Part shown: piece after piece, positions 15,729 to 27,948 of the stretch
Layout of the letters: every line of letters begins with the position of its first letter
Position numbering within the stretch: position 1 is the stretch's first letter
DNA from: Chrysomallon squamiferum
Taxonomy: Eukaryota; Animalia; Mollusca
Direction of reading: 5' to 3'
Length of the DNA stretch: 64,000 nt
NCBI GenBank assembly: GCA_012295275.1
Contig: CM022666.1
Location: forward strand, 15,190,001 to 15,254,000
Notes under the pieces: generated by a model
Seen by the model: only the letters and a program-made list of their open reading frames with translations
Databases searched by the model: none
Told to the model about the DNA's origin: nothing
Program-made: the position numbers and the translations under genes

Positions 15729-16211
15729 TAATAAACACTCTTTGAGGAATGCTTTCAAAGAGTAAATGCACAGTAGATTTTAGCTTGAAGAATTAAGTAT
15801 TAACCTACAGTACATAATACTCATGATAGTGGCCAGGAACCCAGGCTCATAATAATAACAATAACAATAACAATGTTACAATAACAATAACAATAACAAT
15901 AACAATAATAATAATAAATATTATCATTATTTTAGACTGCATTGGCACGAGTAACTCTTTAATTAAAAGTGTCGTGGATAGGTTGAGCAGTTCTCTGATG
16001 AAAGCATGTTAGCATATTACTCAACCGCTTCCACTGACGTTTTTATTTCCACTCTGAATCAGTGAATCAGTGAATCTCTGTGGAGGGTGGAGTAAGAAAT
16101 ATATATAGTGTTTAAAAATGATTAAAGCAATATAGCAAAATATTTTTACTCAAAAGAAGCATGTTCTTCGGCATCGTAGAATTCATCGGATTCACTGTCA
16201 GAAGACATCAT
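3161..16211 (-). CDS. WDR44: WD repeat-containing protein 44 (Rab11-binding protein/Rabphilin-11), 21 coding exons
   Basis: Manually spliced GT-AG exons: 16150-16211, 15263-15356, 14957-15018, 14601-14679, 13743-14340, 12786-12956, 11926-12177, 11355-11491, 10768-10857, 9837-9898, 9592-9653, 9156-9236, 8473-8608, 7851-7930, 7289-7399, 6736-6858, 5980-6171, 5148-5246, 4387-4502, 3724-3848, 3161-3345. Recognised motifs: N-terminal FFAT-like [15 protein letters not shown]; [13 protein letters not shown]...[14 protein letters not shown]; WD repeats [78 protein letters not shown]. Phases are consistent except for one extra base in exon 5. Confidence 0.93.
5321..5505. repeat. Perfect (GAA)n microsatellite, about 61 units, in a WDR44 intron
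   Basis: Uninterrupted aag/gaa run seen directly; it produces the poly-S/F/R ORFs in the track. Confidence 0.97.
8611..9120. repeat. Cryptic trinucleotide low-complexity tract (GAT/AAT/AAC) filling most of a WDR44 intron
   Basis: Degenerate gataataat/aacaat units from the exon 13 acceptor (8609) almost to the exon 12 donor. Confidence 0.85.
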
Positions 16212-17400
16212 TTTAATGAAAATGGGTCCAATAATTTTATAAATGAACAATTATTTGCAAATACAAACATCCATCTTGAATCCACCAATACATTGTCATG
16301 TATTCAGCTATCCTCACAAAACGTAGCAAATAAAAACAGCGGTTAAGTGTATGGCAGATTGACGTCAATTTGTTCGATACCGCATAAAAATGGAACGCGT
16401 ATTGTACGTGCGTGAATGTGTGTGTGGTAAGTGCTTTTGTTGTCTTCTCTGCTTTACTAATTAAACATTGTAGTGTTAATGGCGAAATAAGGAATGAGAT
16501 TCAAATTTCATAAATTAAAACATTAAAATAAAAAGAAGGACAATCAAGCTGCAGCTAGCCATATTCCGTCATATATGCATTTTTAACAAATATAATTATA
16601 TTCCCCCAAAGAGTTCTGGTAATTCAAAACAATAGTTTCATATACTGTTTATTACGCTGTGATGCGAATGAGATCAGGAAACATTTCTGAAAATGTAACT
16701 GCTATTTCAACTTAGCATAAAACTTACCTAACTAATCAAATAATCGTTTATTTATTATTTTACTTTGATTAAGAAAGTATATTAATAATTCTTATCCTTT
16801 TTTTATCTTTTCGTTCGCTTGTTGATTACACGTCAAGGCCAATACTGTTCTCTGTAGATCAATTCTTGAGCCGAACAGCTTGTTCTGGAGAATTGCTGTA
16901 ATTGTCCAAGTAGTGTCCAAACTGCTGTAAGTATATATTAACGATTTGATAAATAAAAATTATAAAAACAATTTCTAAAAATACAGAATTGTAACAAAGA
17001 AATAATAATTTATTCTTTTCTTTGAAAGTTTATTTTTAAAATTATATTAAAACAGTAATTTCCCTAATATTCTCAAGTTTAAATTCATCAAATAAACCAA
17101 AAGATCGAATATGCTAATTTTTTTTTTTTTCTTTTTTTTTTTTTTTAAATAACGAAAAATCATGTGTTGGTTTACTGCCATTATATTACGGTTTCGTATA
17201 AATAGTGACTGCTGCAGCGTTTTATTTTTCGTTAGAAACATGTAAAATTTAGTTTGAAATAAACTTGACTAATTCAGATATCGTGTACATAGTTTGAAAG
17301 AATGTATGATAATTATTAAAAACAATCTAAATCATTCTTTTTTAACTTTCATTTTTGGTGCGAAAGTAAGAATTTCCCAGAAACCCACTGCCGATCCAAA
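16212..17400. promoter_or_regulatory. Probable bidirectional promoter and 5' leaders shared by WDR44 and FMR1
   Basis: Divergent ATGs at 16211 (-) and 17401 (+). CpGs are locally more frequent than in the introns. Palindromic CRE-containing 12-mer ATTGACGTCAAT at 16358-16369. Candidate FMR1 leader splice sites: GTAAGT after 16426 and 16926, AG at 16857 and 17380. Confidence 0.6.
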
Positions 17401-20400
17401 ATGGAGGACCTTGCGGTCGAAGTTTGTGGTGCTAATGGGATTTATTATAAGGTATTACTGGCGTTTCATATTCCGTATTAGTTATTTTTCACAATATTAA
17501 TTAATGTCTCGTAAACCATTTTGTATTTCTAACGTTTAATATAATACACATTCGTAAAACTTGAAGTCTTTTTGGACGGCATTACACCATTAACAGATAA
17601 AAGTTTAAACCGGCGCGTGAATCATAATTTCATAGCTTAAGTCCCACCCAGGCATTCCAGAAATAAAATTACAAATTGACTTAAATCTTGTTGTTAAGAA
17701 CAAATTATCTATACTATTTAAGTACATATGAAAATTGAACTTGTGTGTAAATGCCTGTGGTAACTACAATGAATCAGGTGCTTGCAGCCGAAGTATCATG
17801 GAGTGTCAGTATTAAGTTTAACTGCGAAAAAGTAATCTGATTATCATTATGGGATATTAAAAAAAAAAAAAAAAAAAAAGAAAGAAAGAAAAAAGAATCT
17901 TAACTAATAAGGAGAAATAGACGAAGAATTTTGAATGTAATATTGATTGTGCAAATGGTTACACTCCCAATGTAAGTTACATCATTTAATCATTATATGG
18001 ACAACCATTTTACAAGGTATGAAATAATGAATGGATTAACATTAAGGTTTTGCTTTGAAATAGTGAAAAGCAGTTAGTACTTCTCTTGTATTGCTTATTT
18101 TTATATATTTTGATTAGCATTTGTTCGACATGAATGTTGTTTGTCTTTGTCTTAGTCACGTGTTAGTGTTTCAAAAAAAACAACAAAAAACCTTGGTAAC
18201 AGATACAGCTGTTGTATCCACTGACTGATACTGATAGGCTGTGGATACAACACTTTCTCCCCTTTTGCACATTTGGACCATTTGAGGAATAGAAGCAGCT
18301 GCTGTACCATGATATATCAATAGGTACATTATACATTATGACTATGGATACAATACTTAAAAAGCAGCTACAAACTAAGACAAATATTGTACTAATTTTA
18401 AAATGGCAGTTATAAAATAGTGAATACTGATTTCTAAACAGTATCCCTTTGTCACTCATCTTAATAAGCATTCAAAATTTATTATTATTATTTTTAAATT
18501 CATCTCAATAAATTTGCCTTAACAAATATATAAAAATAAATTAAATCAATTTTTAAATATAGAAATTTGCTAAATATTTATATATGTCTGAATTTCTAAT
18601 TTTAAGTTGGCTATTAATGTGCCACACTACTCCAGTTAATGTACATAAATCTGAAGGCATCAGTATATTTTAGAGAGATACAATTCTCTAAAATTAGTTT
18701 TTTCCAATGTTTCTACTGTGCCCTGCAGTGCCTTGAACAAATGTAATATCTGATTAATGCAATTATGAAAATGGCGGATATACTTGTAGACTACATTTTT
18801 AAAATGTATCTGTGAATTTAAGAACCAGTTTGTAATAATGTTTTATTTGTTTCTTAGGACTGTCTTTTGTTTAAATTGAAGTAAATAATTAAAAAAATTT
18901 AAAAAAAAGAAAAACACAAACCAAACATCTGCACACACAGAAATTTTCAATATTCTTGATTTGTTGTCTTTGGATATCAAAATGTTTTTTTTTAAAAAAC
19001 CTTGACAGGCTGAGTTAGCTGTGTGTTTTGTGGAATTTTTGAAAATAAGGAGTCAGTGTTGATATTTATAAATGAAAGGATGATATTCAGAACCAAATTA
19101 ATTTTAAGTTTACAGTACATTAATGATTAATTTGTGTTTATTATTATACTTATTTTTTTAGTCAGGCAATTAAAATATTTTGTGTGATATAATTTAAACT
19201 GTAGTTGTTGAATATTTGGGGGTGACTAATTTTCTGGATGACAGCCAGTGATTAAAACCAACGATTTGTACATTGTTGCACAGTTCAGTTGTTGAAGATT
19301 GCAGTTAAATTTGGTGATTTCTTGTTTATTTGAAGGTGAAAATATAAAATACCACAATTCCCCTCAAAACACTTTGCTTCTAAGTTCTAAGCAGATGAGT
19401 CCGCAAAGTTATTAAGGGTTTCCAGCCTCATACAATTATTAAAGAATTTTTAAATTTTTCTTAATTATACTCATAATCAGGGATACAAAGAAAAGAATAA
19501 AGTGGACATGGTTTGAAAAACAGAAAACTATTTTAAAAAGACTTGTAGTTTATCCATGATTAATGCACTTGAGTAACTTCCTTTTCTTTTTTCAGGCAGT
19601 GCTAAAAAGTTTTCATGATGATGAAGTGTGTGTGGAATTCGAAAACAAGTAAGTTTGAGAATTTTGCAAGTTTTTAGTATCAAATACATATTTTTTATTT
19701 AATTACCTCAGTTAAAGATTAGCAGTACTCTGTATTGCATTTCACAAAAAATCGTTTGTATATTTTGACTAAATACAAGATTATTAACCTTACAAGTATC
19801 CCATTCTTTGTATGTTTCAGTCACACTTTTCATAAATGTTTGTGGTAATTCATAAAATCCATGTTTCACTGAAATTTCCCATTGAATTAATGAAATATAC
19901 ATTTGACAGAATTTTACATCTAATTCAGTAATTTAGTAGCATTTTGATGGTGAAAAGTCAGCCCACAGTGCTTACAGAATTAACAGACCAAACATTTTAA
20001 ATATCTATTTTTATTTTTATTTTTTTTAAAGAATAAATTCTATTAATGATGAAAAGGTAACCATAATGTTATGAAAATAATTTATCATCAAAGAATGTGA
20101 ATTGCTGTTGTTATTGTTATTGTTATTTGTCATATGTTTTACAGTTGGCAGCCAGAGAGAAGAGTTAAATGTAGTCAGGTTCGACTCCCTCCCAAGGATG
20201 TTGGTAAAACAGAGTATAAAGATGAAGATAGGGTTGAAGTAAGTAATGCCATAATTTGCATCATTTATCCAAGTAATAAACATTTCAGTAAAAACTGAGA
20301 TTAAAGAACGATGTGTCCACTTTAAGTGAAGTAAACATGAAATCAACTTGTTCAGCCACAGTGTAGTCTCTACATGCCCAACAGCTTGATCCAAGACTTA

Positions 20401-23400
20401 ATTTATGATTTACTTTTCTGATCAGAAATTTTTGTTCTTCTTCTTCTTCTTACTAGGTCCATGTTTTTCTCTTATAACTGAGAAGTCATTAGAAAATTTA
20501 TGAATATATTTTGAATTATAATGTCTCTAGTATTTTTGTAGAATATTTTTTTTTACCATTGTAACAAATTAAACAAGAGTTCCTCATTAATACTTGAAAT
20601 GCATTTAATCCTTTATTGGACAACTTTGTTTTTAGGTTTATTCAAAAGCAGCAGAAGATGTTTCCTTTGGGTGGTGGCCAGGGAAGGTGAAAATGTTGAA
20701 AGGGGAGTTTGCTGTCATTGAGTACAGTGGGATGGATACCCAGTACAGCGACATCATACCACTTGACAGAATTCGACCTGTCAACACCAAGTAAGACTTA
20801 GTTTTAAAATTCATTTGGTAACTAAGAAAAATGACTGGAGCGTGTATATTTTTACCACTTAGGTTAATGATAACTTTTATATTTAACAACAAAAAAAAGG
20901 ATTTTGTTTTTCAGATAGCTGTGTTATTTGAGAACTAAATTTTGGCTAAGATTGTTACTGGAAGAAATAAATATTTAACTAGATTGTCGTAACAAATATA
21001 CAGTTATCATAATGAGCTTGTCATAATACACATATGTGTATATAATTTAAAAAAAAATGTATTTATTTATTTACTGTATTTCAAAAAATAATTTTATTTA
21101 TCATAATTATGCACATACAATAATTTATATGCAAAAAGAAAAAAAAAAATATAAAAAGGGCATTATTTTGAAATATTAAATTTCAGATCCAGTATAATTT
21201 ACAATAATAGTAGGACTCTAAATTCATATTTGTTAGACTACATTAGATTTTTTTTTTTTTTTTTTTTTTGATATATATATTCTTTTTTTGTTTCAGTCCT
21301 CCTATTAACAAAAACAGTTTCTTCAACTACACCTTAGAAGTTCCACCTGATCTTAGAGATGTGTAAGTTTGGATTAATGTAAACAATAGTTACTAATTTA
21401 AACAAAGGGATAACACTGATTGCTAAAGAAGTTTACTGTGTTTAATTTTGTATGGCTTGGAAGAGTTTACAACCAAATAGTTAGCTTTTACAGATTTTAT
21501 TCATATTTCATTAGCTACCCTTTTACTAGCATAGTAATAGAGTATTTAACACACAAATCTCATTTGTAGTTAGAACATATTTATTTGTGATACATCAATT
21601 GAGAATAAGACAGTGTAAAATGAAAAAAAAATAGAACCTCAATTAAAAATATTCGCCAGTATTTTTTAAAACCATTTAGATGTGCTATGTGACTCTTTAA
21701 AAAATAATTTCTTCTTGAAAGATTTTTATACCATTGTAAGCACATTTTTGTCACAAACAGTTTTGTTACTCTTTGAAGTTTTAAGAGAAATGTCCTCATG
21801 AAGATAAAATAAAAATGTTGACAGGTGCCAGGAAGACAGTGTACATGAAGATTTCAGAAAACACATCGGTCCCGCTGTTCTCAATTACAGTGCTGCTGAA
21901 AACGCTCTTCATATTCTGGTAAATCTCTTCTTTTTTTTATCTCTATTAAATTTATTTAGAAATAGATAACAATGAGACATTTGAAATGTGCAGTGGTTGG
22001 TTACAATAAAATCACAGTTTTACATTACACTGATGCTGAAATATCTGTTCAATTTACAGTAAATCTCATTTCATCAATTTTTAAAGTTTTTATTTTTGAA
22101 TGATACTGAAACAAAAGGATTTAAAGCTTTTAAAGGTGAAATTTTAATAACTGTGAATTTTTTTCTAATTAATTTTGTTTATGTATATTAAGGTTACAAC
22201 AAATAGTTTAAGTTATATTTTAAATTTCTGGCAGACAATTTTGTTTTTTCTGGATGTCAGTCTTTGCTAATATTAAAATATAATAATTTAGTTTTAAAAA
22301 ATGCATAGAAAAACTTCAAACAAAGAAAGGCAGTGCCTTGTTATAATTATTTTTTATTATTAATTTGCAGACCATTGTCCTTAAAATGTTAAGCTATTTA
22401 ATTTTTTTTTTAAATGCTAAAGAAAGATAACAAATGATATGCCCCAGCACATGCACACAAAAACAAAAAACAACAGCAACAACAACAAACTAACAAAAAA
22501 CCCAGCCTGTTTCAGTTGAACATTGATAATATAATTTACAAATGTTTATTCATGTAGGAATGTGCAAAAGGAACCCACATTTTAATTTTAATTAATACAG
22601 GTACCAGACCAATTATCTGTCATCCTGAAATCTGGAAAGACCAGAAAACAGGAAGTTTTTTTTCCCCGATGCTATTTTCATAGTTTGTGGGTGTGGATGT
22701 TGTCCTCACCAGACCGGAACTACTCTTTCAAGCCACATGGTGTTCATTCACTCGTTGCATTGTTTATGGGTTGAGTCACCTTAGTGGTGTATCATCAATT
22801 TTCTTGATGTTTTTAATTTTAAAATGTTTATTCCTAATTAGTTACATATTTAGATGCCTTGGTACCAGAAAACCAGAAAATCCAGAAATCTGGAATGCCC
22901 AAATGAGTCCAGATAATTGGTCCAGTACCAGTATTCATAAACAAAGATCTTTTTGTTTCAGTCCATTAATGAATCTGTGATAAAGAAGGCTTCCATTATT
23001 GGTGATATGTTTCTACGCAATCTTCGCCAGAAGGTGTTACTGAAACAGAGAACAGAAGAGGCCGTCAAAAAGTTACAGGTTTGTTAGATTACAATGGAAA
23101 TAATATTTATTTTATTTTGTTTAACAATTTTTTAAATGATTTTATTTTGTTAACTTACCTTTATTATTATATTTGTAAAACATCTGTTATGTATTTATAA
23201 TTTTTGTTTAATTGTTATTTCTTAACTTTTTTTGGACTAAGAAATTTTTTTTTTTGAATTTACATATATTTTTTGAACAGATTCATTATTTATTTTCTTT
23301 TCTTTTTTTTTATTTTCTTTTCTATTTCTTGTATATAATTATTATTAATGTTTTAAGAACTAAATGCCTAAAGTGTTTCTGCAAGTTTTTCAAATGTTAC

Positions 23401-24229
23401 TGTTTTTATTACTATTATTATTATTAATTTGAAACTAAAGAGGGCTTAGATTTTCCTTTTGTAGTTTATTTTACCTAGTATTACAAGTCAAATAGAAAAA
23501 ATAAAATCATAATAATCCTGCAATAAGGGTATCTAAGCCATAACTTTCCATGTATTGATGCACAGTCATTTCTTTATAAATTCCATACTTGTAAAATGTG
23601 CTATATATCCTAACAAATATTTCAGTCTTTTGTGTGAATGAGCACTTTCATCTTACATTCCTGAAACAGTTTTCTTTCCAAAAAAATGTAAAAAAGAGAG
23701 AGAGAGAGAATAAAAGCAAACTTGCAGAAGCAGAGATAATCATGCCACAGCCGCTGCTGATGTTAGTCACAGTGGCTGCGGCTTTTCTCCACGCTGCTAC
23801 ATGTTTTGCACTTGGCTCTCTGTCTTCTGTTGGAATTTCAGGGAGTTCATCTCTTTCAGAGTACGAAAATCCGCTCTGGTTACATGGAGGAGTTCACGGT
23901 TCGCGAGGACCTCATGGGTCTGGCTATAGGAACTCACGGTGCTAACATTCAGCAGGCTCGCAAGGTGGAGGGAATCACGGGAATCGAGCTGGATGAGTCG
24001 TCGTGTACATTCAAAGTGTATGGCGAGGTGCGTAGATACTGGGAGTTGTGTAGCCTTGGTAGTCTTCTGATGTCTTATTAAATTTTAATTTTTTTTGAAA
24101 AAGTTTTTTTTCTGTTTTCAATGTTCTTTTTTTATTATTATTTTTTTTTTATTTTATTTTTAAATGTTTTTTTTTTTTTTTATTTTTATTATTATATACA
24201 GTTATCTGGATATTGTTATTTCCATGCAT

Positions 24230-24291
<62 letters not shown>

Positions 24292-27200
24292 TGTTGTGTT
24301 GTGTTGTGTTGTGTTGTGTTGTGTTTGTTTTGATTTTTTAAAGTAATTTTGTCTTGTGATTCTAAAATGTATATGGTATTTTCAGACAAAAGAAGCAGTG
24401 AGACAGGCACGCAACACGTTAGAATTTTCAGAAGAAACATTTCCTGTACCCAGGGATTTAGTAGGTCAGTACTGATCACAGCCACTTGGAAAAATTAAAA
24501 AGCTTTCCAAAAAGAACAAACCTAAAACCAAAGATAAAAACTGTAAATAACAAAATTCTTCTTAAAAATCTATTTAAAATGTGCATGGTAATGCCACTCA
24601 TTTCCCAAAATGTTTAATTTGTTGAGTATTTTTATTTATTTATTTTTTTATTTTATTTTATATTTTATTTTATTTTATTTTATTTTTTAGTGAAGATTAT
24701 GAACATTAATATAAATTTTAAGTCAGCCTTTTTATCTACAAATTATTTTTTTTTTCTTATTTCAGCCAAAGTTATTGGTAAGAATGGTCGGACAATCCAG
24801 GACATGGTGGACAAATCGGGTGTGGTCAGAGTGAAAATAGAGGGGGACAATGAAGCAGATGAAGCCAGGGATGAGACATGGTCAGAAAAAAGTGTAAGGA
24901 AGGTTATAAGCCTTTAATGTTTTATTTGAACATGCATTCATTCAGTGAATGAAAGAGATGTTAAAGGTGTTATTTTAATACAGGTTTATAAAATACTTCA
25001 ATGGTTTTTATTTGAATATCAGTGGTGTTATTTTAATTTCACAAAAAACATCCATTTCAACATAGATCTGTGCAGATGTAATAAATTTTAATGGTCTTTG
25101 AATATAAATTTATGCAGTACTCATTAAATTTGAAAAAGATTATATAGTTTTAATTATATGGTAATAATGTTTTTTTGTATGTAAATTCAGATTATATATG
25201 TTAGCATATAATAATATGTCTGAATTTTTTAATTTTTTAATTTTAATTACCATTATTAAGATTTGAATGATGATTAATTATATATAGTATTATTACAGCC
25301 TTTAACAAATTTATCTTTAAACAGTACTGGTAAAAATCAGTATTCTTATATTTGTACAGATAAAGAGAAAGAAATATTTTAAGATAAAAATGTATTTATG
25401 AAAAATATTTTGTCTTTACAGGGAGATGTGCCTTTCATTTTTGTAGGAACTGTTGAAAGTATTGGAAATGCCAAATTGTTACTGGATTATCACTTGGCTC
25501 ACTTAAAAGTGAGTTTTATTTCAATTTCAGTGTTCAGATTCTCTGTGTGCATGTGCGTGTGTGTGTGACTTCGAAAAAAAGAAGGATAAAGGACCTGTAG
25601 ATGAATAAGCCATCCAATATTTAAATGTCATGAAAAAAAAAAAAAAAAAAAAAAAAAAAACTAACAACAAAAGCAAATATTCTCTTTCTTAATCAAATTC
25701 ACAGGTTCCAAAACACACCTTCAACATCAACATCACCAGACTCGAGTTTAAATTAGTGTTTGCCGTGTGTTTTGTTTATTTCAACTTTGAAATTTATTAT
25801 TTTCTGAATGAAGTGGCTGTTGAAGAACGGTGTTGTATATATATATATTTATATTTGGGTCACAGGAGGTTGAACAACTAAGACAAGCAAAACTGGAGAT
25901 TGACAACCAGCTGAAGAGTTTGTCTGGTCCACAGAACAACCCCTATTACCCAGCTCCTCGAGAAAGAAGGTAAATGTTTAACTTGTTCTGACAAAGAGGA
26001 CTAATAATAATTCCCACTGCAGGCTTTATAACTCACAACAGCTATTTTTAGCAGTTTTTTATTTTTCATTTCTGCATTTGTTTTAGCATCTAAAGAAAGG
26101 TGGCACTAGTTAATATTCTTAATTATAATTTTTTTTAAATTTAATTGTGTTACTGCTTTTAAGTCTTTGGTAATTAATGGTACATATTTAATTACTGTGG
26201 TGTGTATATTTTTTTGAAAAGATCTGACATAGTCTAGCATTTGATAACAAAAAAGAATATCTGTTTTTGTTCTTTGTAAATATTTGTTATTTTTTTCTTT
26301 AATTGTTTTAGTGTACATCTTTAATAAAATAAATTCTTAATTTCTTTTATTATTATTTAAAACCATTCAAAAAGTATTCTTCGTTATTTAAGTCAATAAT
26401 GACATTTTTATCTCTATATCTGTTACCATTTTTGTGTCTTCCATAATAAAATGAACATTTCTTATAAACCTTGTTTTTGTGAGTTTTTTTTTTAATTATT
26501 ATTATTATGTATCTGATGTAGTTTTGAAAATCTGTCCAGATTGAATTGTCTCCCTTTACATCTGAATTCTAAACTTTTTTCAGTTTTATATAACTGATCG
26601 ATATTTTCTCCCTTTTTTCATATTTTGTTAATATTTTTGGCTTCTGGAATTATCTTTATTTAATAATACTTTGATGCATTTGTCTCTATCAGTTATCTGT
26701 TAATTTATATGTCTGCTGATTAGAAAATAGAGAACAAACGTTTTTAAAAAACATTATGAAATGCCTGTTTTATTTTTTCAGAAGTGGTACTGATCCATTT
26801 TATGATGACAGAGGGAGGCGGGGCAGAGGTGGGCGTGGACTTGGACGTGGTCGTAGGTGGGCGACAGACAGACATGGTATTTATTTACTTACTTATTTAT
26901 TTATTTATTTATTTATACGATTTATGCTTATTTTTGCATGTTTTGACAAATCTAAAGATAAGCAAACAAATTTTTTATAACCCAGGCAATAAAAATTAGC
27001 AAACATTTACTTAATTTATTTAATGCTTAATTTTATTTTTTATTACTATTATCTTTTTTTAATTATAAAATAAAATAATTAATTATTTTCTAAAATATAA
27101 CTGAAAGTACAAAAAAATATAATTTGATTAATTATTTTTAGGTTAATACCTATATAAAATATTTCTTTGTTCTGTTTATTTATTTTGCACACAGTTAATA

Positions 27201-27911
27201 AGTAACTGTCCATTTTAAATTAAAGACCAAAAAAACCTGAAAACAATTATACTTTTGAAATAAAGATAATTCAGTAATACTTAGCACGCAACATTAAGCT
27301 TGCATCTAAACGTACCTAAATTATGTTGCCGATACTGAACATTTCACTACATTAAGGTGTCAGCTAAACTGTCAGTCTGTGTGTATTGAATATTGACATA
27401 CAATCAAGTGAGGGAAAATTGTCTTAATAAATTAGTTTAAAGAAAATAATAATAAATAAAATTTAAAAAATATATATATATCAATAATTTTATTATTTTT
27501 TTCAGGTGATGACAGTACAGGCCCAGAACCAGTTGGTGATTGGTCAGCAGAAGTGATGGCTGAGGAGAGACGGCAGTCAGGTTATTTGACTGACAGCGTC
27601 CTCAGTGGAAGAGGGAGGGGCTACAGAAGGGGGCGCGGCCGTGGGCGGTTCTCAGGCTATTCCTCTAGACGAGAATCCGGTAGGTGGAGTTTAATACTGC
27701 TCTAGATTGTAGTTGGCTGGAATTTAATAAACCTATGGGGGAAAATATTTTTTGTTTACTGCCACTAATAATTGTTTAAATTATTGAGTTTGGTTTTGAT
27801 ACATGTAACTAATACACTTGGTTGCAGAATGTTTTCAAAAGCACTGTTTAATGTTTATTAATTTATGTTTTGAGATATTGTTTTATTTGCAGCTTGAAAT
27901 TATTATTATTA

Positions 27912-27948
<37 letters not shown>

